57,901 nt of DNA, taken from positions 356,841 to 414,741 of the forward strand of contig JBKJLI010000003.1 of NCBI GenBank assembly GCA_046597065.1, given 5' to 3'. Position numbers and translations under genes: made by a program. Below the pieces are notes generated by a model. It searched no databases. It had not been told where the DNA came from and saw only the letters and a program-made list of their open reading frames with translations. The number at the start of each line of letters is the position of its first letter. Position 1 is the stretch's first letter. Source of the DNA: Candidatus Saccharimonadia bacterium (GTDB taxonomy: Bacteria; Patescibacteriota; Saccharimonadia; UBA4664; SCTI01). This document shows positions 41,800 through 51,965 of the stretch, piece after piece.

Positions 41800-43206
41800 C
41801 TAGCTTTTGCTAAGCCGCCGTAGAACCACCTCTTTTCCAAGTACATGTAGCGTTTCGAACAAGCCCGGCGAGGCAACCGAACCCGTTACTATAACTCTGA
41901 TTAAACTAAACAATTGACCGGCTTTAATATCCTGATCCTCAGCCAGCCCGCGAAGGCGTTTTTCAAGATCTGGTTCGCTGAAATTACTTTCGTTCAAACT
42001 GTTATTAATCATTATTAGCAATTCAGAGCGTCGCAATAGTTCGATAGATTTAGGCAATAAATCATCATCTACTTTGGGGTCTGTAAAAAAGAACTCAGTA
42101 AGTTCGGGCAACTCCCCCAAAAATTTAAGCCGTTCCTGCACTAGTCCTAAAACTGCTAGTTTATAGTCTTCGCGAGCGGATTTTGCAGACGTTGGCCAAA
42201 AACCCAAGCTGCGCTTCAGCAGATTACCTAAATCTAGCCGCCTGATGTATAGGCCATTCATCCACTCTAGCCTTTCTGGATCAAAGATGGCCGGGCTGGT
42301 CTGCACACGACTAAGATCAAACACCCCGGCTAATTTATCCAGCGAATAAATTTCTTCGGTGGTGCCATCATTAAAACCTAAGCTGGCCAGGTAGTTAACC
42401 ACCGCTTCTGGTAAGTAACCCTCATCTCTATACTCGAGGGCAGACTTAGCGCCGTGGCGCTTACTTAACTTGGCCTTATCTTTGCCAAGCACTGGGGGCA
42501 AGTGCCCAAATCGTGGCAAATCCCAATTCATCGCCCCGTACACCAAAATATTTTTGGGGGTAGTGGGCAAAAATTCTGAACCGCGGAGAACATCACTGAT
42601 CTCCATTAAATGGTCGTCAATTACCACCGCGAAGTTATAAGTTGGAAAGCCATCAGATTTAATCATCACAAAGTCGTCCAACGCCGATCTCTGCCAGTTT
42701 TGTGGTCCCCATACCGCATCATCCCACCAGACATCCTTGCCAGCTTTAATTTCGAATCTGATCACTGGCTTGGCGTCCGCCGAAGGTGCTTCTAGTGTTG
42801 CCATCGACTTTACAAATCGAAAGGGCTTTTTGGACTTTTGAGCAGCGCTGCGCAGCTCGGCTAGGCGTTCAGGTGGAGTGTAGTCCAAATATGCGGCATT
42901 ATTGGCAACTAGCTCGTTTGCAAACTTTTGATACAGTTCTAAGCGTTCAGACTGGACATAGGGGCCGTGATTGCCGCCAGCAGCAATCCCCTCTTGCCAG
43001 TCGATACCCAGCCAGCGCATGCTATTTTGAATCTGATCGCTGGCGCCATCAACCAGCCGTTCTCGATCGGTGTCCTCAATGCGCAGAATAAACGTACCCT
43101 TAGTATTGGCAGCTAGCAGATAATTAAATAAGGCCGAACGTAAACCGCCAACATGCAAAAAACCGGTTGGGCTAGGTGCAAATCGAACTCTTATGGGTTT
43201 AGACAT
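41800..43206 (-). CDS. gltX: Glutamate--tRNA ligase
   Basis: IRVRFAPSPTGFLHVGGLRSALFNYL (HIGH region) and KLSKRHG (KMSKS). The ATG at 43206 gives a normal N-terminus; the track start is 43248. Confidence 0.95.
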   Translation of the reverse strand: MSKPIRVRFAPSPTGFLHVGGLRSALFNYLLAANTKGTFILRIEDTDRERLVDGASDQIQNSMRWLGIDWQEGIAAGGNHGPYVQSERLELYQKFANELVANNAAYLDYTPPERLAELRSAAQKSKKPFRFVKSMATLEAPSADAKPVIRFEIKAGKDVWWDDAVWGPQNWQRSALDDFVMIKSDGFPTYNFAVVIDDHLMEISDVLRGSEFLPTTPKNILVYGAMNWDLPRFGHLPPVLGKDKAKLSKRHGAKSALEYRDEGYLPEAVVNYLASLGFNDGTTEEIYSLDKLAGVFDLSRVQTSPAIFDPERLEWMNGLYIRRLDLGNLLKRSLGFWPTSAKSAREDYKLAVLGLVQERLKFLGELPELTEFFFTDPKVDDDLLPKSIELLRRSELLIMINNSLNESNFSEPDLEKRLRGLAEDQDIKAGQLFSLIRVIVTGSVASPGLFETLHVLGKEVVLRRLSKS

Positions 43207-43251
43207 GTTTACAGTGTAGCGGTTATCAAACTGATTGTCAGTTTGCACTTT

Positions 43252-43587
43252 TTACAAACTAAGCGCTGAAAGCTCGACCTCGGTCCAGTCATCTCCATTG
43301 CGTTCGAGTAGCCGGACGCGCGAGGCTTCTTCGGATGAATCATAAATGGTCTCAATGCGATTGGCTACTCCGGGCCGGTGGCTATAGTGAGTCTTGCGAT
43401 CAACGATGGCTGGACCAGTAATACGCTCCAATCTTAAAGGGCGGCCGCTCGACTCAAACTCCACAAACTCCACCCTTTCTTCAAGCTTAGGATGGTCTTC
43501 GATTGGACGCTGGCTCTTGCCGTGTCGGTCAACTCCAGATTTTAAGTCGATACTGTCTACCAGTCGCTCCCAGGCGGTGGTGTTCAT
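43252..43587 (-). CDS. Hypothetical protein (111 aa)
   Basis: ATGA overlap with the upstream gene. Charged, soluble-looking translation; no motif recognised. Confidence 0.5.
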   Translation of the reverse strand: MNTTAWERLVDSIDLKSGVDRHGKSQRPIEDHPKLEERVEFVEFESSGRPLRLERITGPAIVDRKTHYSHRPGVANRIETIYDSSEEASRVRLLERNGDDWTEVELSALSL

Positions 43588-44894
43588 AAGCCGTAGGCCA
43601 CCTTTAATATTTGCTCGCGGCTAAGCTTGGCGGTACCACTTACGTTGTACCAAATACCATGGTTTACCCAACTGGCATTATCGTTATACAAGAATATGGT
43701 TAGACCCTGGCCGGAAACCGCAACGTAGTTATCGCTTTGGCGTGTGATGAAGTTTTCACGTAGGCTGTTTGAATCCCAGGCGGTTTTCTTTTGGCTAATT
43801 CGCAGAGGGTCGTCACTACTGGGTGATCGAAAATCAAGTGTTAGCTGGCCATCGCCTACCGTTGCAGGGCCATTTTGGTGGTAGCTAGAAGGAATGTAGG
43901 TAGGCAGGCTGGCTTCGATTCCGGCCTTGCTAGCCGCCGAACGAAAGGCTAGCTTGGGGGAGTTTTGTAGCCATACAAATCCACCCATAATGGCGATGGC
44001 GGCAAGTGCGGCGCCAACTTTTAGTACGCTTGGTGCCTTGGTGGTTTTGGCGGCGTCAAGGGCTTGTTGTAAATCTGGTGATGATACCGCCGCTGGGGCT
44101 AAAGCAGTAACATCGGTTGGCGCCATTATCGCTGGGGCAGCACCAAGCTGGGCCTGCAACGCCTCTAGTTGGGTGGCTACTTGGCCGGGTAGATCATTGC
44201 CAGTAGTAAGCGTTTCGGGTGCTTTGGCGACGGCTGGATGTTCGGGAAAGCGCTTAACCAATGGATGCGTCGCCACGTTTGGAGATAGGGCCATAGGCGC
44301 TGGATGAGTGGCTAAGTCGACTGGTGTTGTAGTAGCTACTGGTGCTGGAGTGCTTGCCGGGCGTTGACTGGTTATTGATGGCGCATGGATTAATGATGAG
44401 ATTTCTGGCGCAGCGGCTGGAGTAACCACTGGCTCAACGATTCCGTCATCGGCAGTGGCCTCAAGTAATAACTCATTTTCAGCTGGCGTTGGCGCCGCAG
44501 TTACCACTGTTGGAGTCGCAGCGGGCTCGGCCGTTGCTGCTGGGGTGGTGGCTACTACTACGGTTTGTGCTAATGGCAGTAATGTAGTGTCTGCCGGGCC
44601 AGTGCCCCGCAAATCAAGAACACCAGCGCTAATAGCTCCTGGTCGGGTTCCGTGAAGTTGGGTAGCCGGCTTGGCCACGCTGACCGCAATTGGCGCAGCG
44701 ACATCACTGCTTAGTGGCGGCTGAGGGTTGGTGGCTGATACTGGTGTTGCAACTGCCGCACTGGCGCTGGCAGGCTTAATATCAGACATAGCCCTTGGCG
44801 CACCTTGATCGGAATATTTGGCGCCACAAGAGCTACAGTAGCGCTTGCCACTGACCACTACAAACCCAGTTTTGCCACAACTAGAACATTGCAT
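43584..44894 (-). CDS. Zinc-ribbon membrane protein with a long Ala/Pro/Thr-rich linker and a C-terminal extracytoplasmic domain
   Basis: MQCSSCGKTGF...YCSSCG (CxxC..CxxC), about 250 aa of low complexity, TM VGAALAAIAIMGGFVWL, then a globular C-terminus reminiscent of anti-sigma/DUF4367-type domains (weak). Confidence 0.55.
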   Translation of the reverse strand: MQCSSCGKTGFVVVSGKRYCSSCGAKYSDQGAPRAMSDIKPASASAAVATPVSATNPQPPLSSDVAAPIAVSVAKPATQLHGTRPGAISAGVLDLRGTGPADTTLLPLAQTVVVATTPAATAEPAATPTVVTAAPTPAENELLLEATADDGIVEPVVTPAAAPEISSLIHAPSITSQRPASTPAPVATTTPVDLATHPAPMALSPNVATHPLVKRFPEHPAVAKAPETLTTGNDLPGQVATQLEALQAQLGAAPAIMAPTDVTALAPAAVSSPDLQQALDAAKTTKAPSVLKVGAALAAIAIMGGFVWLQNSPKLAFRSAASKAGIEASLPTYIPSSYHQNGPATVGDGQLTLDFRSPSSDDPLRISQKKTAWDSNSLRENFITRQSDNYVAVSGQGLTIFLYNDNASWVNHGIWYNVSGTAKLSREQILKVAYGL

Positions 44895-44960
44895 CTACTT
44901 ACAGATTCAACCTACTTATAGTGCTTATGTTACATCACTGCGAGGCGGCTGGGAATAGTT

Positions 44961-45827
44961 TTAGCGTTTTGGTTGGCGATAAACCGCCCACATAAACCGT
45001 GGTATGGCTAGCTGCCGCCTCCAGCGACCAGGCTCAAGGGCTAGCCTCCATAACCACTCTAGCCCCAAATCACGCATCCAAACCGGTGCTCGCTGCTTTT
45101 TTCCGCCAAAGCTATCGTAATCAAAAGTGCCACCCTCACCCACCAACACCCCCCTTAAAAGTTGTGGTGCCAATCGGTCCATTAGGACTTCTTGTAAGGG
45201 AAATCCCATCCCAACCAAAATGATATCTGGTTTTAACCGACGCAGCTCTTTAACTAGTTCCTTTTCAATATTGTGTTTTTGCTTCAAAGAATCCAGCAGC
45301 TCATTGCGGCTTTTGCCGCCCAGTTCCCCGGCTCGGGTTCCGACAATTTTTATGTCTGGGAGCCGGCGTTTGATCACCTGCGCAGTCAGTTCAATACTGC
45401 TATCGACCGGGCTGCCCATTAAGTAGACGCTTTTACCGGCTTGTGCCGCTCGTTCAAGCAGCAGCCAACTAAACGAGGCGCCGCTATAGCGTTCTGGGAT
45501 AATTTGGCGCATTCGATCTGGAGATAATACAATCGAGGCGGCTAGCCCAAAGGCCCTCAAAATTCCTGGTTTACCACCATATAAATAGGCAGTTGCCCAT
45601 TGCATCGATACACTATCTGGGAGAGATAGCCAGCTGTGGTTAAGCAACCGCTTAATTTCATCATCTCGTTGTGCGGCATCTAAAAATTCAACGTATGGCT
45701 TTGCTACATACACGGCACCCTTTTGGTTACAGCGCATCATTATGGCGTCGGCTGCTTCTGTCATTAACATGGCATCAAGCATCACGCCCAGAACATCGTA
45801 GCGTTTAGTTTTTGTTTTGATTGTCAT
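44961..45827 (-). CDS. WecB/TagA/CpsF family glycosyltransferase
   Basis: ILVGMGFPLQEVLM, GVLVGEGGTFDY, APVWMRDLGLEWLWRLALEPGRWRR. Confidence 0.85.
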   Translation of the reverse strand: MTIKTKTKRYDVLGVMLDAMLMTEAADAIMMRCNQKGAVYVAKPYVEFLDAAQRDDEIKRLLNHSWLSLPDSVSMQWATAYLYGGKPGILRAFGLAASIVLSPDRMRQIIPERYSGASFSWLLLERAAQAGKSVYLMGSPVDSSIELTAQVIKRRLPDIKIVGTRAGELGGKSRNELLDSLKQKHNIEKELVKELRRLKPDIILVGMGFPLQEVLMDRLAPQLLRGVLVGEGGTFDYDSFGGKKQRAPVWMRDLGLEWLWRLALEPGRWRRQLAIPRFMWAVYRQPKR

Positions 45828-46917
45828 AAGCCTCCTCTATAAACTGGCGTAACTCTATACGGAACCGTTCCATACTAAACTTATGAGCTTGAGCCACCAG
45901 CGCTTTTTGCTCGAATTGATGCTCATCAAAGCGCTGCAAACACTCGGCTAAGCTATCTACGCTGGGCTGTTCAAAGAACACCCCGGTTTTTCCAGCAACC
46001 ACCGTTTCGGTAAGGCCGCCTCGGCCATAGGCCACTACTGGGGTACCGGCTGCCATTGCCTCTATTGGCGCAATGCCAAAATCTTCTTCATTCGGGAATA
46101 TAAGCGCCTGAGCCTTGGCTAAGAGAATCGGTAGTTTAGCATTGCTAACGCGACCGGCAAACTCAATGGTTGGCCCAGCCAGCTTTTCTAATCGCCCGCG
46201 ATCTGGTCCATCACCAATGACAATTAATGGCTTACCCAAGCGGTTACAGGCCTCAATTGCCATATCAACTTTTTTATAAGGTGTGAGATTGGATAGTGTA
46301 ACAAAGTAGTCGGCTTTTTGATGATCAGCTACTGGCTTAAAGCGATCGACATCGGCACCAGGATAGATGACAGTTGAATTTTGGTGATAATACTTTTTGA
46401 TGCGTCCGGAAACGGTTTTAGAGTTTGCGATCCATTTATCAACCCTTGGAGCACTGTAAAAATCCCACAGCCGCAAGCGGCTCGTAAGAACGCGAATCGC
46501 AAATCGGCGGATAAAGCCTACTCGCTGTTCATTAAGGTAGCGTGGCCAATAGTCCCACACAAATCTCATTGGTGAGTTGCAGTAGCAAATATGCAGAGTT
46601 TCGGGTTTGGTAATAACGCCTTTAGCCCAAGCCCCAGATTGTGATAGTACTAAATCATACTCACTAAGATCAAACTGTTCGATGGCAGCTGGGATAAAAG
46701 GCAATAAGTATCGAGGGCGTTTTTTTAAGAATCCGGGAGCTTTTTGCAAACGTGAAGTCCGGATCCTCTGCGGGTCGATCGCGTCACCTACAGCCATGGG
46801 GTCATATATCAACGTGTAGATAGGGGCATCAGGGTACATTGCTGCCATTTCAACTAACAGATTTTCGGCCCCACCCATTTTGGTGTTAAGCCAATCGTGA
46901 ACAATTGCTACTTTCAT
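45805..46917 (-). CDS. Glycosyltransferase family 4 (GT-B, Glycos_transf_1)
   Basis: MKVAIVHDW N-terminus. C-terminal EDFGIAPIEAMAAGTPVVAYGRGGLTETV. Confidence 0.85.
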   Translation of the reverse strand: MKVAIVHDWLNTKMGGAENLLVEMAAMYPDAPIYTLIYDPMAVGDAIDPQRIRTSRLQKAPGFLKKRPRYLLPFIPAAIEQFDLSEYDLVLSQSGAWAKGVITKPETLHICYCNSPMRFVWDYWPRYLNEQRVGFIRRFAIRVLTSRLRLWDFYSAPRVDKWIANSKTVSGRIKKYYHQNSTVIYPGADVDRFKPVADHQKADYFVTLSNLTPYKKVDMAIEACNRLGKPLIVIGDGPDRGRLEKLAGPTIEFAGRVSNAKLPILLAKAQALIFPNEEDFGIAPIEAMAAGTPVVAYGRGGLTETVVAGKTGVFFEQPSVDSLAECLQRFDEHQFEQKALVAQAHKFSMERFRIELRQFIEEAYDNQNKN

Positions 46918-48206
46918 TTGGCAACCGGCTTCTTAGCGATGGCTTCTGGTTTAACGCTGGCCCCAAGGACTGCGCCAGTAAATGCCCAATATGTTAATGC
47001 GGTACTGCTATCGGCCCAACCGTGCAAAAACAGGTTAATAACCGCGATGCCCAACAATCCGCCAAGGGCCGCCGAAGCCGAAGGCGTTACCGTTGCTAAC
47101 GCCCCTAATCGCAGCGCAACAGCCAATTCAAAGGCCCCAAACAGCAGCAAACCCGCAAGCCCAGTTTCGATGGCAATTTGTAAATAATAACTTTCCGGTA
47201 TAAAAGGGTTAGCGCTGTAGAATGAGGCCGGTCCAGCACTCCCCAAGCCACTGCCCAGGGGTTGAGCCTTAAACCGTTCGGTGCCATTGCCCAGGGCTAG
47301 GCTGTGCTGTTCGGTGCTAGCGGCAATGCCGGTGTCGGTCGTAGTTGAATGAAACAAATAATATTGCAGTTTTGCCGTGCGGCCGCTAGCACCAACAATC
47401 AAGTTGAGGCCAATGGCCGCAACTATCACGCCGGACAGCAGAGTCGGCAATCGCCAAACGCGTGGTAAGGCCATTATCGTAACCACCAGTAGCGCCACTC
47501 CAAGCCCCAACCATGCGCTGCGGGAGTAAGTCGCCCACATTACCACGGCACCGCCTGACAAGTAGACGGGGTGCCACCAGCGCGGTCGGTTTAGCATCAT
47601 CGCATAAACCAAAGCTAATGGCAGTATTAAAAAGCTACCGAGCTGGTTTGGCCCTCCCAAAGTAGACAGTATCCGTATAGCATTAATGGCTGGGTCTACG
47701 GTTAAATATGGCTTAAGGCTAGTTGCTCCGTATCCAAAGTTGATCAGAAAATCCTTAGGCAGAACATATATCTGTAACATGCCAAAGCCAATTACAATTG
47801 CACTCGCGACAAGTAGTGTCTTAATGATTTTTATTTTAAGTGATTGACTCGCCATTATGCTCACAGCTACAAATAAAACCATAAATTCTAAGTCAGTCTT
47901 AATTCCCAGTACAGTAGCTTTAAGGTTAGGGTGAATCAGTAAGGTTACCAATAGCGCCAAAGCCCCGAACGCTATCGCCAATATAACCTCCGGGCGCTTT
48001 AGCCTAACTCGGGCGGCCGGCTCGCGCCAAAGCACTACGGCCGTCGCCAAAGCCACTATTAGCGTGACTATTTCTTTCCAAGCTTGCCACAGCGCCTGGT
48101 GGCCAACTAAGGAGCCCATCCAAACACTCAAAAAAGCGTGGAATGGCATTACAGCCACCAGCAAGATAACTCCTACTGCACCAATCCGCCGTGCGCTAAG
48201 GGTCAC
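46914..48206 (-). CDS. O-antigen ligase-like (Wzy_C) polytopic membrane protein
   Basis: About 11 TM helices with a central loop YSRSAWLGL typical of O-antigen ligase/polymerase families. GTG at 48206 overlaps the mreB stop (GTGA); the track extension to 48305 is Arg-rich and overlaps mreB. Confidence 0.65.
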   Translation of the reverse strand: MTLSARRIGAVGVILLVAVMPFHAFLSVWMGSLVGHQALWQAWKEIVTLIVALATAVVLWREPAARVRLKRPEVILAIAFGALALLVTLLIHPNLKATVLGIKTDLEFMVLFVAVSIMASQSLKIKIIKTLLVASAIVIGFGMLQIYVLPKDFLINFGYGATSLKPYLTVDPAINAIRILSTLGGPNQLGSFLILPLALVYAMMLNRPRWWHPVYLSGGAVVMWATYSRSAWLGLGVALLVVTIMALPRVWRLPTLLSGVIVAAIGLNLIVGASGRTAKLQYYLFHSTTTDTGIAASTEQHSLALGNGTERFKAQPLGSGLGSAGPASFYSANPFIPESYYLQIAIETGLAGLLLFGAFELAVALRLGALATVTPSASAALGGLLGIAVINLFLHGWADSSTALTYWAFTGAVLGASVKPEAIAKKPVAK

Positions 48207-49222
48207 TTTAGACCCGCCAGGCTGCGTTTGTACTCTTCTAGGTTGTCGAGAGCGATTCCGGCGCCCCGAGCCACACACAGCTGAGCGTCTTCGGCCACGA
48301 CGCAAGGCACTCCCGTTACCTCGGTTAGTAGTTTATCCAGGTTGTTTAATTGTGCGCTGCCGCCGGTTAAAATCATGCCACGGTCAATAATATCGCTGGA
48401 TAGTTCCGGTGGAGTCTGCTCGAGTACCGCCTTGATGGCTAAAATGATTTTTTCTAGCTCATCTCCCATCGAGCGAGTGATTTCGTTGGATGAGATTGTA
48501 ATGGTTTTAGGAAGCCCAGCCACCAGATCACGCCCACGCACCTCCATGGTCCGGTCACGTTTTAAAATGGTGGCGCTTCCGAGTTCGATCTTAATTTGTT
48601 CGGCGGTTTGGGCTCCAATTGCCAAGTTATGAGTACGACGTATGCCATCGGCAATCGCGGCGTCAAGCTTATTCCCACCAACCCGCACCGAATTTTGGGC
48701 AACAACACCGCCCAGCGACAGTATCGCAATTTCGGTTGTTCCCCCGCCAATATTTACGACCATATTGCCGGCCGCCGATGCGATCGGAATCCCGGCTCCT
48801 AGCGCTGCCGCGATCGGTTCGCGAATAATATAGGCGGCTCGAGCACCTGCAGCCAGCGTAGCATCTACCACTGCTCGTCGTTCGGTACTTGTGGCTCCAG
48901 CTGGTACGCTCACCATCACGTCGGGACGCGTCAAGCGAAAGCCACCTAGAACCTTGCCAATATAATGTCGGATCATAGCTTGAGTAATTCGAAAATCGGC
49001 GATTACGCCGTCTTTTAAGGGGTATGAGGCCGATATTGTATCAGGTGTACGGCCGAGCATTTCTTTGGCATCAGCTCCAATCGCTACCACACTATTGTCG
49101 GCGGTACTGATAGCGACGACGCTGGGCTCGTTTATGACAATCCCGCGCTTGGGCTCATATACCAAAACGTTGGCTGTCCCCAGATCAATGGCTAATTTTT
49201 TTCCAAACATATCAGGAGCCAT
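48203..49222 (-). CDS. mreB: Rod-shape determining actin homologue MreB
   Basis: LAIDLGTANVLV, EPSVVA, VPAGATSTERRAV, IREPIAAALGAG, VNIGGGTTEIAILS, GMILTGGSAQLNNLDKLL. Confidence 0.95.
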   Translation of the reverse strand: MAPDMFGKKLAIDLGTANVLVYEPKRGIVINEPSVVAISTADNSVVAIGADAKEMLGRTPDTISASYPLKDGVIADFRITQAMIRHYIGKVLGGFRLTRPDVMVSVPAGATSTERRAVVDATLAAGARAAYIIREPIAAALGAGIPIASAAGNMVVNIGGGTTEIAILSLGGVVAQNSVRVGGNKLDAAIADGIRRTHNLAIGAQTAEQIKIELGSATILKRDRTMEVRGRDLVAGLPKTITISSNEITRSMGDELEKIILAIKAVLEQTPPELSSDIIDRGMILTGGSAQLNNLDKLLTEVTGVPCVVAEDAQLCVARGAGIALDNLEEYKRSLAGLK

Positions 49223-49291
49223 TATACCCTGGTTTGGCCGCCAATCGCTACTGGTGTTTAGGGGCCAGCTGGCTTATAGTGAAGAGCGATT

Positions 49292-50674
49292 ATGAAACGC
49301 CCGTGGTTATCAATACTCGGTTTCTTACTTGGTGCGGCGTTGGTTGCCCTGGGCACCTTTGCCTTAATTGCCTATGGTAATGGGTACAGCTACGACTTCA
49401 AAACCGGCCGTCTTGCCCACAAAGGCCTTTTAATCGTTTCCAGCATCCCAAGTTCAGCCAAGATCTATATAAATGGCAAGGCCGGCAAAGGGGGTACACC
49501 CTATCGCAACACTTATGATGGTGGTCAGTACAAACTCGAAGTGATCAAGGACGGTTATCGTACATGGCAGAAAAATGTCGATGTCACCCCGGCCCAGGCT
49601 ACCCAAGTGCAATATGTTATATTACTGCCGCAGCATCTACAAGTCGAAGCCGCCGCCAGCTTTCCAGCCATCAGCCAAACCTTAGCCAGCATCGATCACA
49701 ACCGAAACGCTCTAGTTGTTCCATCCAGCGCACAGGCGGGGGTTTGGTGGGTTGATACCCAAAGTAAGCAGCAGACTCGGGTCTATCAGACAACCCTCGA
49801 TGCTGCCGGTCAACCAAGCGAAAAGCTGGAGATTTTAGGCTGGTCTAACGACGCTTCACACCTATTGCTACGACGCACTGGGAGTGATGGCAAGATTAAC
49901 CTACTTGTTGTTGCCGCCAATGGGAACGATGCCACTATTAACCTCACCGACTCGCTTAAGCAGCCCTTTTCCGAGCTACGCTTTAGCAACAATAACTGGA
50001 AGCAGTTGTATTGGAGCTCACCCGAAGGATTGCGCAAAATTGATATTGGCAGCCAGACGGTTAGCCAACCACTTACCGATCCGGTACTAGCTTACACCTA
50101 TGCCGGTGACCGCATAGTTTATATCGCTAACGTTGGTGTTAACCCTTCGTTATGGTTGCTGGAAAGCGGGGGTAAGCGCTCGAGATTAGCCGACAAGCTA
50201 CCGATTAGCAAAAATTACCAAATTGATTACGCCACCTATATTAACGTTCCTCAAGTAGTGGTTACCGCCTCCGATGCCAATCAGGCCCTGCTATACAGCA
50301 ACGTGTTTGATCACCCCAAACTTAAAACTATTCCGGTGACTGCTGGCCAGGTACGCTTTAACGGCGATGGCCGTTTTGCACTGCTATATGACGACATGCA
50401 TGTAAGCACCTATGATCTTGAGCGCGAACGCTTGTATAGCTTTCCCGAAATAAATGCGGCTGTTACTGGAATTAGCTGGTTTGATAACTATCACCTACTG
50501 TTTAACCGGGGAGGGCAAATAGTTTTATCAGAATATGACGGAAACTATGCTATTGCAGTAACGCGTGGCGATTTAAATACCCCAACAGGCTCAGCCGATA
50601 ATAAACGTATTTTTGCAACAGCCGTAACTTCAAATGGCCAGAGCCAGCTTAAGTCAATAAAAATTCGAAACTAG
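49292..50674 (+). CDS. PEGA-domain protein with a beta-propeller-like C-terminal region
   Basis: N-terminal TM. PEGA-like SSIPSSAKIYINGK...YKLEVIKDGYRTWQKNVDV. Long repetitive beta-rich remainder. Confidence 0.7.
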   Translation: MKRPWLSILGFLLGAALVALGTFALIAYGNGYSYDFKTGRLAHKGLLIVSSIPSSAKIYINGKAGKGGTPYRNTYDGGQYKLEVIKDGYRTWQKNVDVTPAQATQVQYVILLPQHLQVEAAASFPAISQTLASIDHNRNALVVPSSAQAGVWWVDTQSKQQTRVYQTTLDAAGQPSEKLEILGWSNDASHLLLRRTGSDGKINLLVVAANGNDATINLTDSLKQPFSELRFSNNNWKQLYWSSPEGLRKIDIGSQTVSQPLTDPVLAYTYAGDRIVYIANVGVNPSLWLLESGGKRSRLADKLPISKNYQIDYATYINVPQVVVTASDANQALLYSNVFDHPKLKTIPVTAGQVRFNGDGRFALLYDDMHVSTYDLERERLYSFPEINAAVTGISWFDNYHLLFNRGGQIVLSEYDGNYAIAVTRGDLNTPTGSADNKRIFATAVTSNGQSQLKSIKIRN

Positions 50675-51714
50675 TTACCTCTAAATAGGCTGGTCAAGCC
50701 TTGCCACCACTTACCTATCTGATCAGAAACACCGGCACTGTTACTGGTTAATGTACCGTTGGGTAATGAGCCAACACTGCCATCAGTCTTAACCTCTACC
50801 TGATCGGTTTTTGGTGCTGGGCTGGTTTGCTTGGCTTTCACCACTAATCGTTTCCAACTAGTGCCGGGGGGCGTACAGGTTATTAAGGTCATCTCGGCAG
50901 TGCCATTGCCGTTTAACACCGCAACATCGGTTGGTTGTACAATTTTAGTTTCGGTAACTTGGTATATGTACTGGACGCCATTGTTGCTGACCGTAAAAGT
51001 GTCACCTAACACCAACTTATCAAGAAGCACAAACACAAACTTATAATTCCCCGGCTCCCACCAATCATTCGATGAATGGCCAAAAATTACACTATTGCCG
51101 TTTTCACCCGGAATGGCAGTGCCGGAATAATGAACCACGCCTCCCTCTAGATCTTTTTGGATGCTGGCTTCAACATTTGATTTTGCGAACACAACTGGTG
51201 CGCTAACATTTATTTTGGGGATGGTTAGGGTTGGCGTACCAGTTACAGTTGCAACCGGGGCCACGCTCGAAGCAGCCGGCTTATTTGTTAAATAAGAGAC
51301 CTGCTGCAAAAAGATTGGCGCCTTAAAAACTAGCAGTAACAACCCAAAAGTTAAAATACCAATCGCGATCGGTTTAAGCCGACCAGACAGTACCCGAAAG
51401 CGCGCAGTTTTTGCGTGCGGATGAACACTGGGGGCATTCTTAGACACAGGGTCTGCTTTGTTTGAATAAGGTTGATTTAGTAGGGTGACTGGTTCTGGGG
51501 CTGATGATGTATCACCGCTGGCCATTGCTGCTTCGGCTGCCGGGCTAACTGGAACTACTTTGCCAGCCAGGCTTTCACGTGTGGGATTAGCAACAGCCCG
51601 GTAATGGTCGGGCAAACCTGCAATCCGCTGCCTGGCCGCTTCGGCCGCCACGCCATCATTATCAGCGGTTTTAAGCCTTTGTCCTGGAAAGTGGCCGATT
51701 TCAGATCGGATCAT
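50671..51714 (-). CDS. Sortase family transpeptidase with a long N-terminal extension
   Basis: TM LKPIAIGILTFGLLLLVF. Catalytic region IFGHSS and TLITCTP (TLxTC). Confidence 0.8.
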   Translation of the reverse strand: MIRSEIGHFPGQRLKTADNDGVAAEAARQRIAGLPDHYRAVANPTRESLAGKVVPVSPAAEAAMASGDTSSAPEPVTLLNQPYSNKADPVSKNAPSVHPHAKTARFRVLSGRLKPIAIGILTFGLLLLVFKAPIFLQQVSYLTNKPAASSVAPVATVTGTPTLTIPKINVSAPVVFAKSNVEASIQKDLEGGVVHYSGTAIPGENGNSVIFGHSSNDWWEPGNYKFVFVLLDKLVLGDTFTVSNNGVQYIYQVTETKIVQPTDVAVLNGNGTAEMTLITCTPPGTSWKRLVVKAKQTSPAPKTDQVEVKTDGSVGSLPNGTLTSNSAGVSDQIGKWWQGLTSLFRGN

Positions 51715-51796
51715 AGCTCTTTACCATTTATAGTCATAGCTATATATGATACTCTTTTGAGCGTTCTAACTCCATTTTTACAGATAGAATATTTTT

Positions 51797-51883
51797 GCCG
51801 CTGTGGTGGAATTGGTAGACACGCGGGACTCAAAATCCCGTGCTAGCAATAGCGTGTCGGTTCAAGCCCGACCAGCGGTACCA
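51797..51883 (+). tRNA. tRNA-Leu (anticodon CAA), long variable arm, CCA encoded
   Basis: Acceptor GCCGCTG/CAGCGGT, anticodon stem CGGGA/TCCCG with loop CTCAAAA, variable arm TGCTAGCAATAGCGTG, T arm GTCGG-TTCAAGC-CCGAC, then A-CCA. Confidence 0.9.
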
Positions 51884-51912
51884 GCACTAATTTATATTGA
51901 AATAATGAAAAC

Positions 51913-51949
51913 GCCCCCTGGCGAGGGCGCTTTCGTCCTTCCAGGGGGC
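51913..51949. terminator. Bidirectional terminator between tRNA-Leu and the convergent orphan gene
   Basis: GCCCCCTGG (51913-51921) pairs with CCAGGGGGC (51941-51949). T-rich tracts follow on both strands. Confidence 0.7.
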
Positions 51950-51965
51950 TGTTTGTTGGATCGTT

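Noticed and set aside
50671-50674. Convergent PEGA and sortase genes share overlapping stop codons in the palindrome CTAG, with no terminator between them.
   Set aside because: It is real in the sequence but is probably just genome compaction. No further signal suggests a functional element.
51785-51797. TAGAAT -10-like hexamer 6 nt upstream of the mature 5' end of tRNA-Leu (possible leaderless tRNA transcript).
   Set aside because: There is no convincing -35, and a single hexamer match is weak. It cannot be supported without TSS data.
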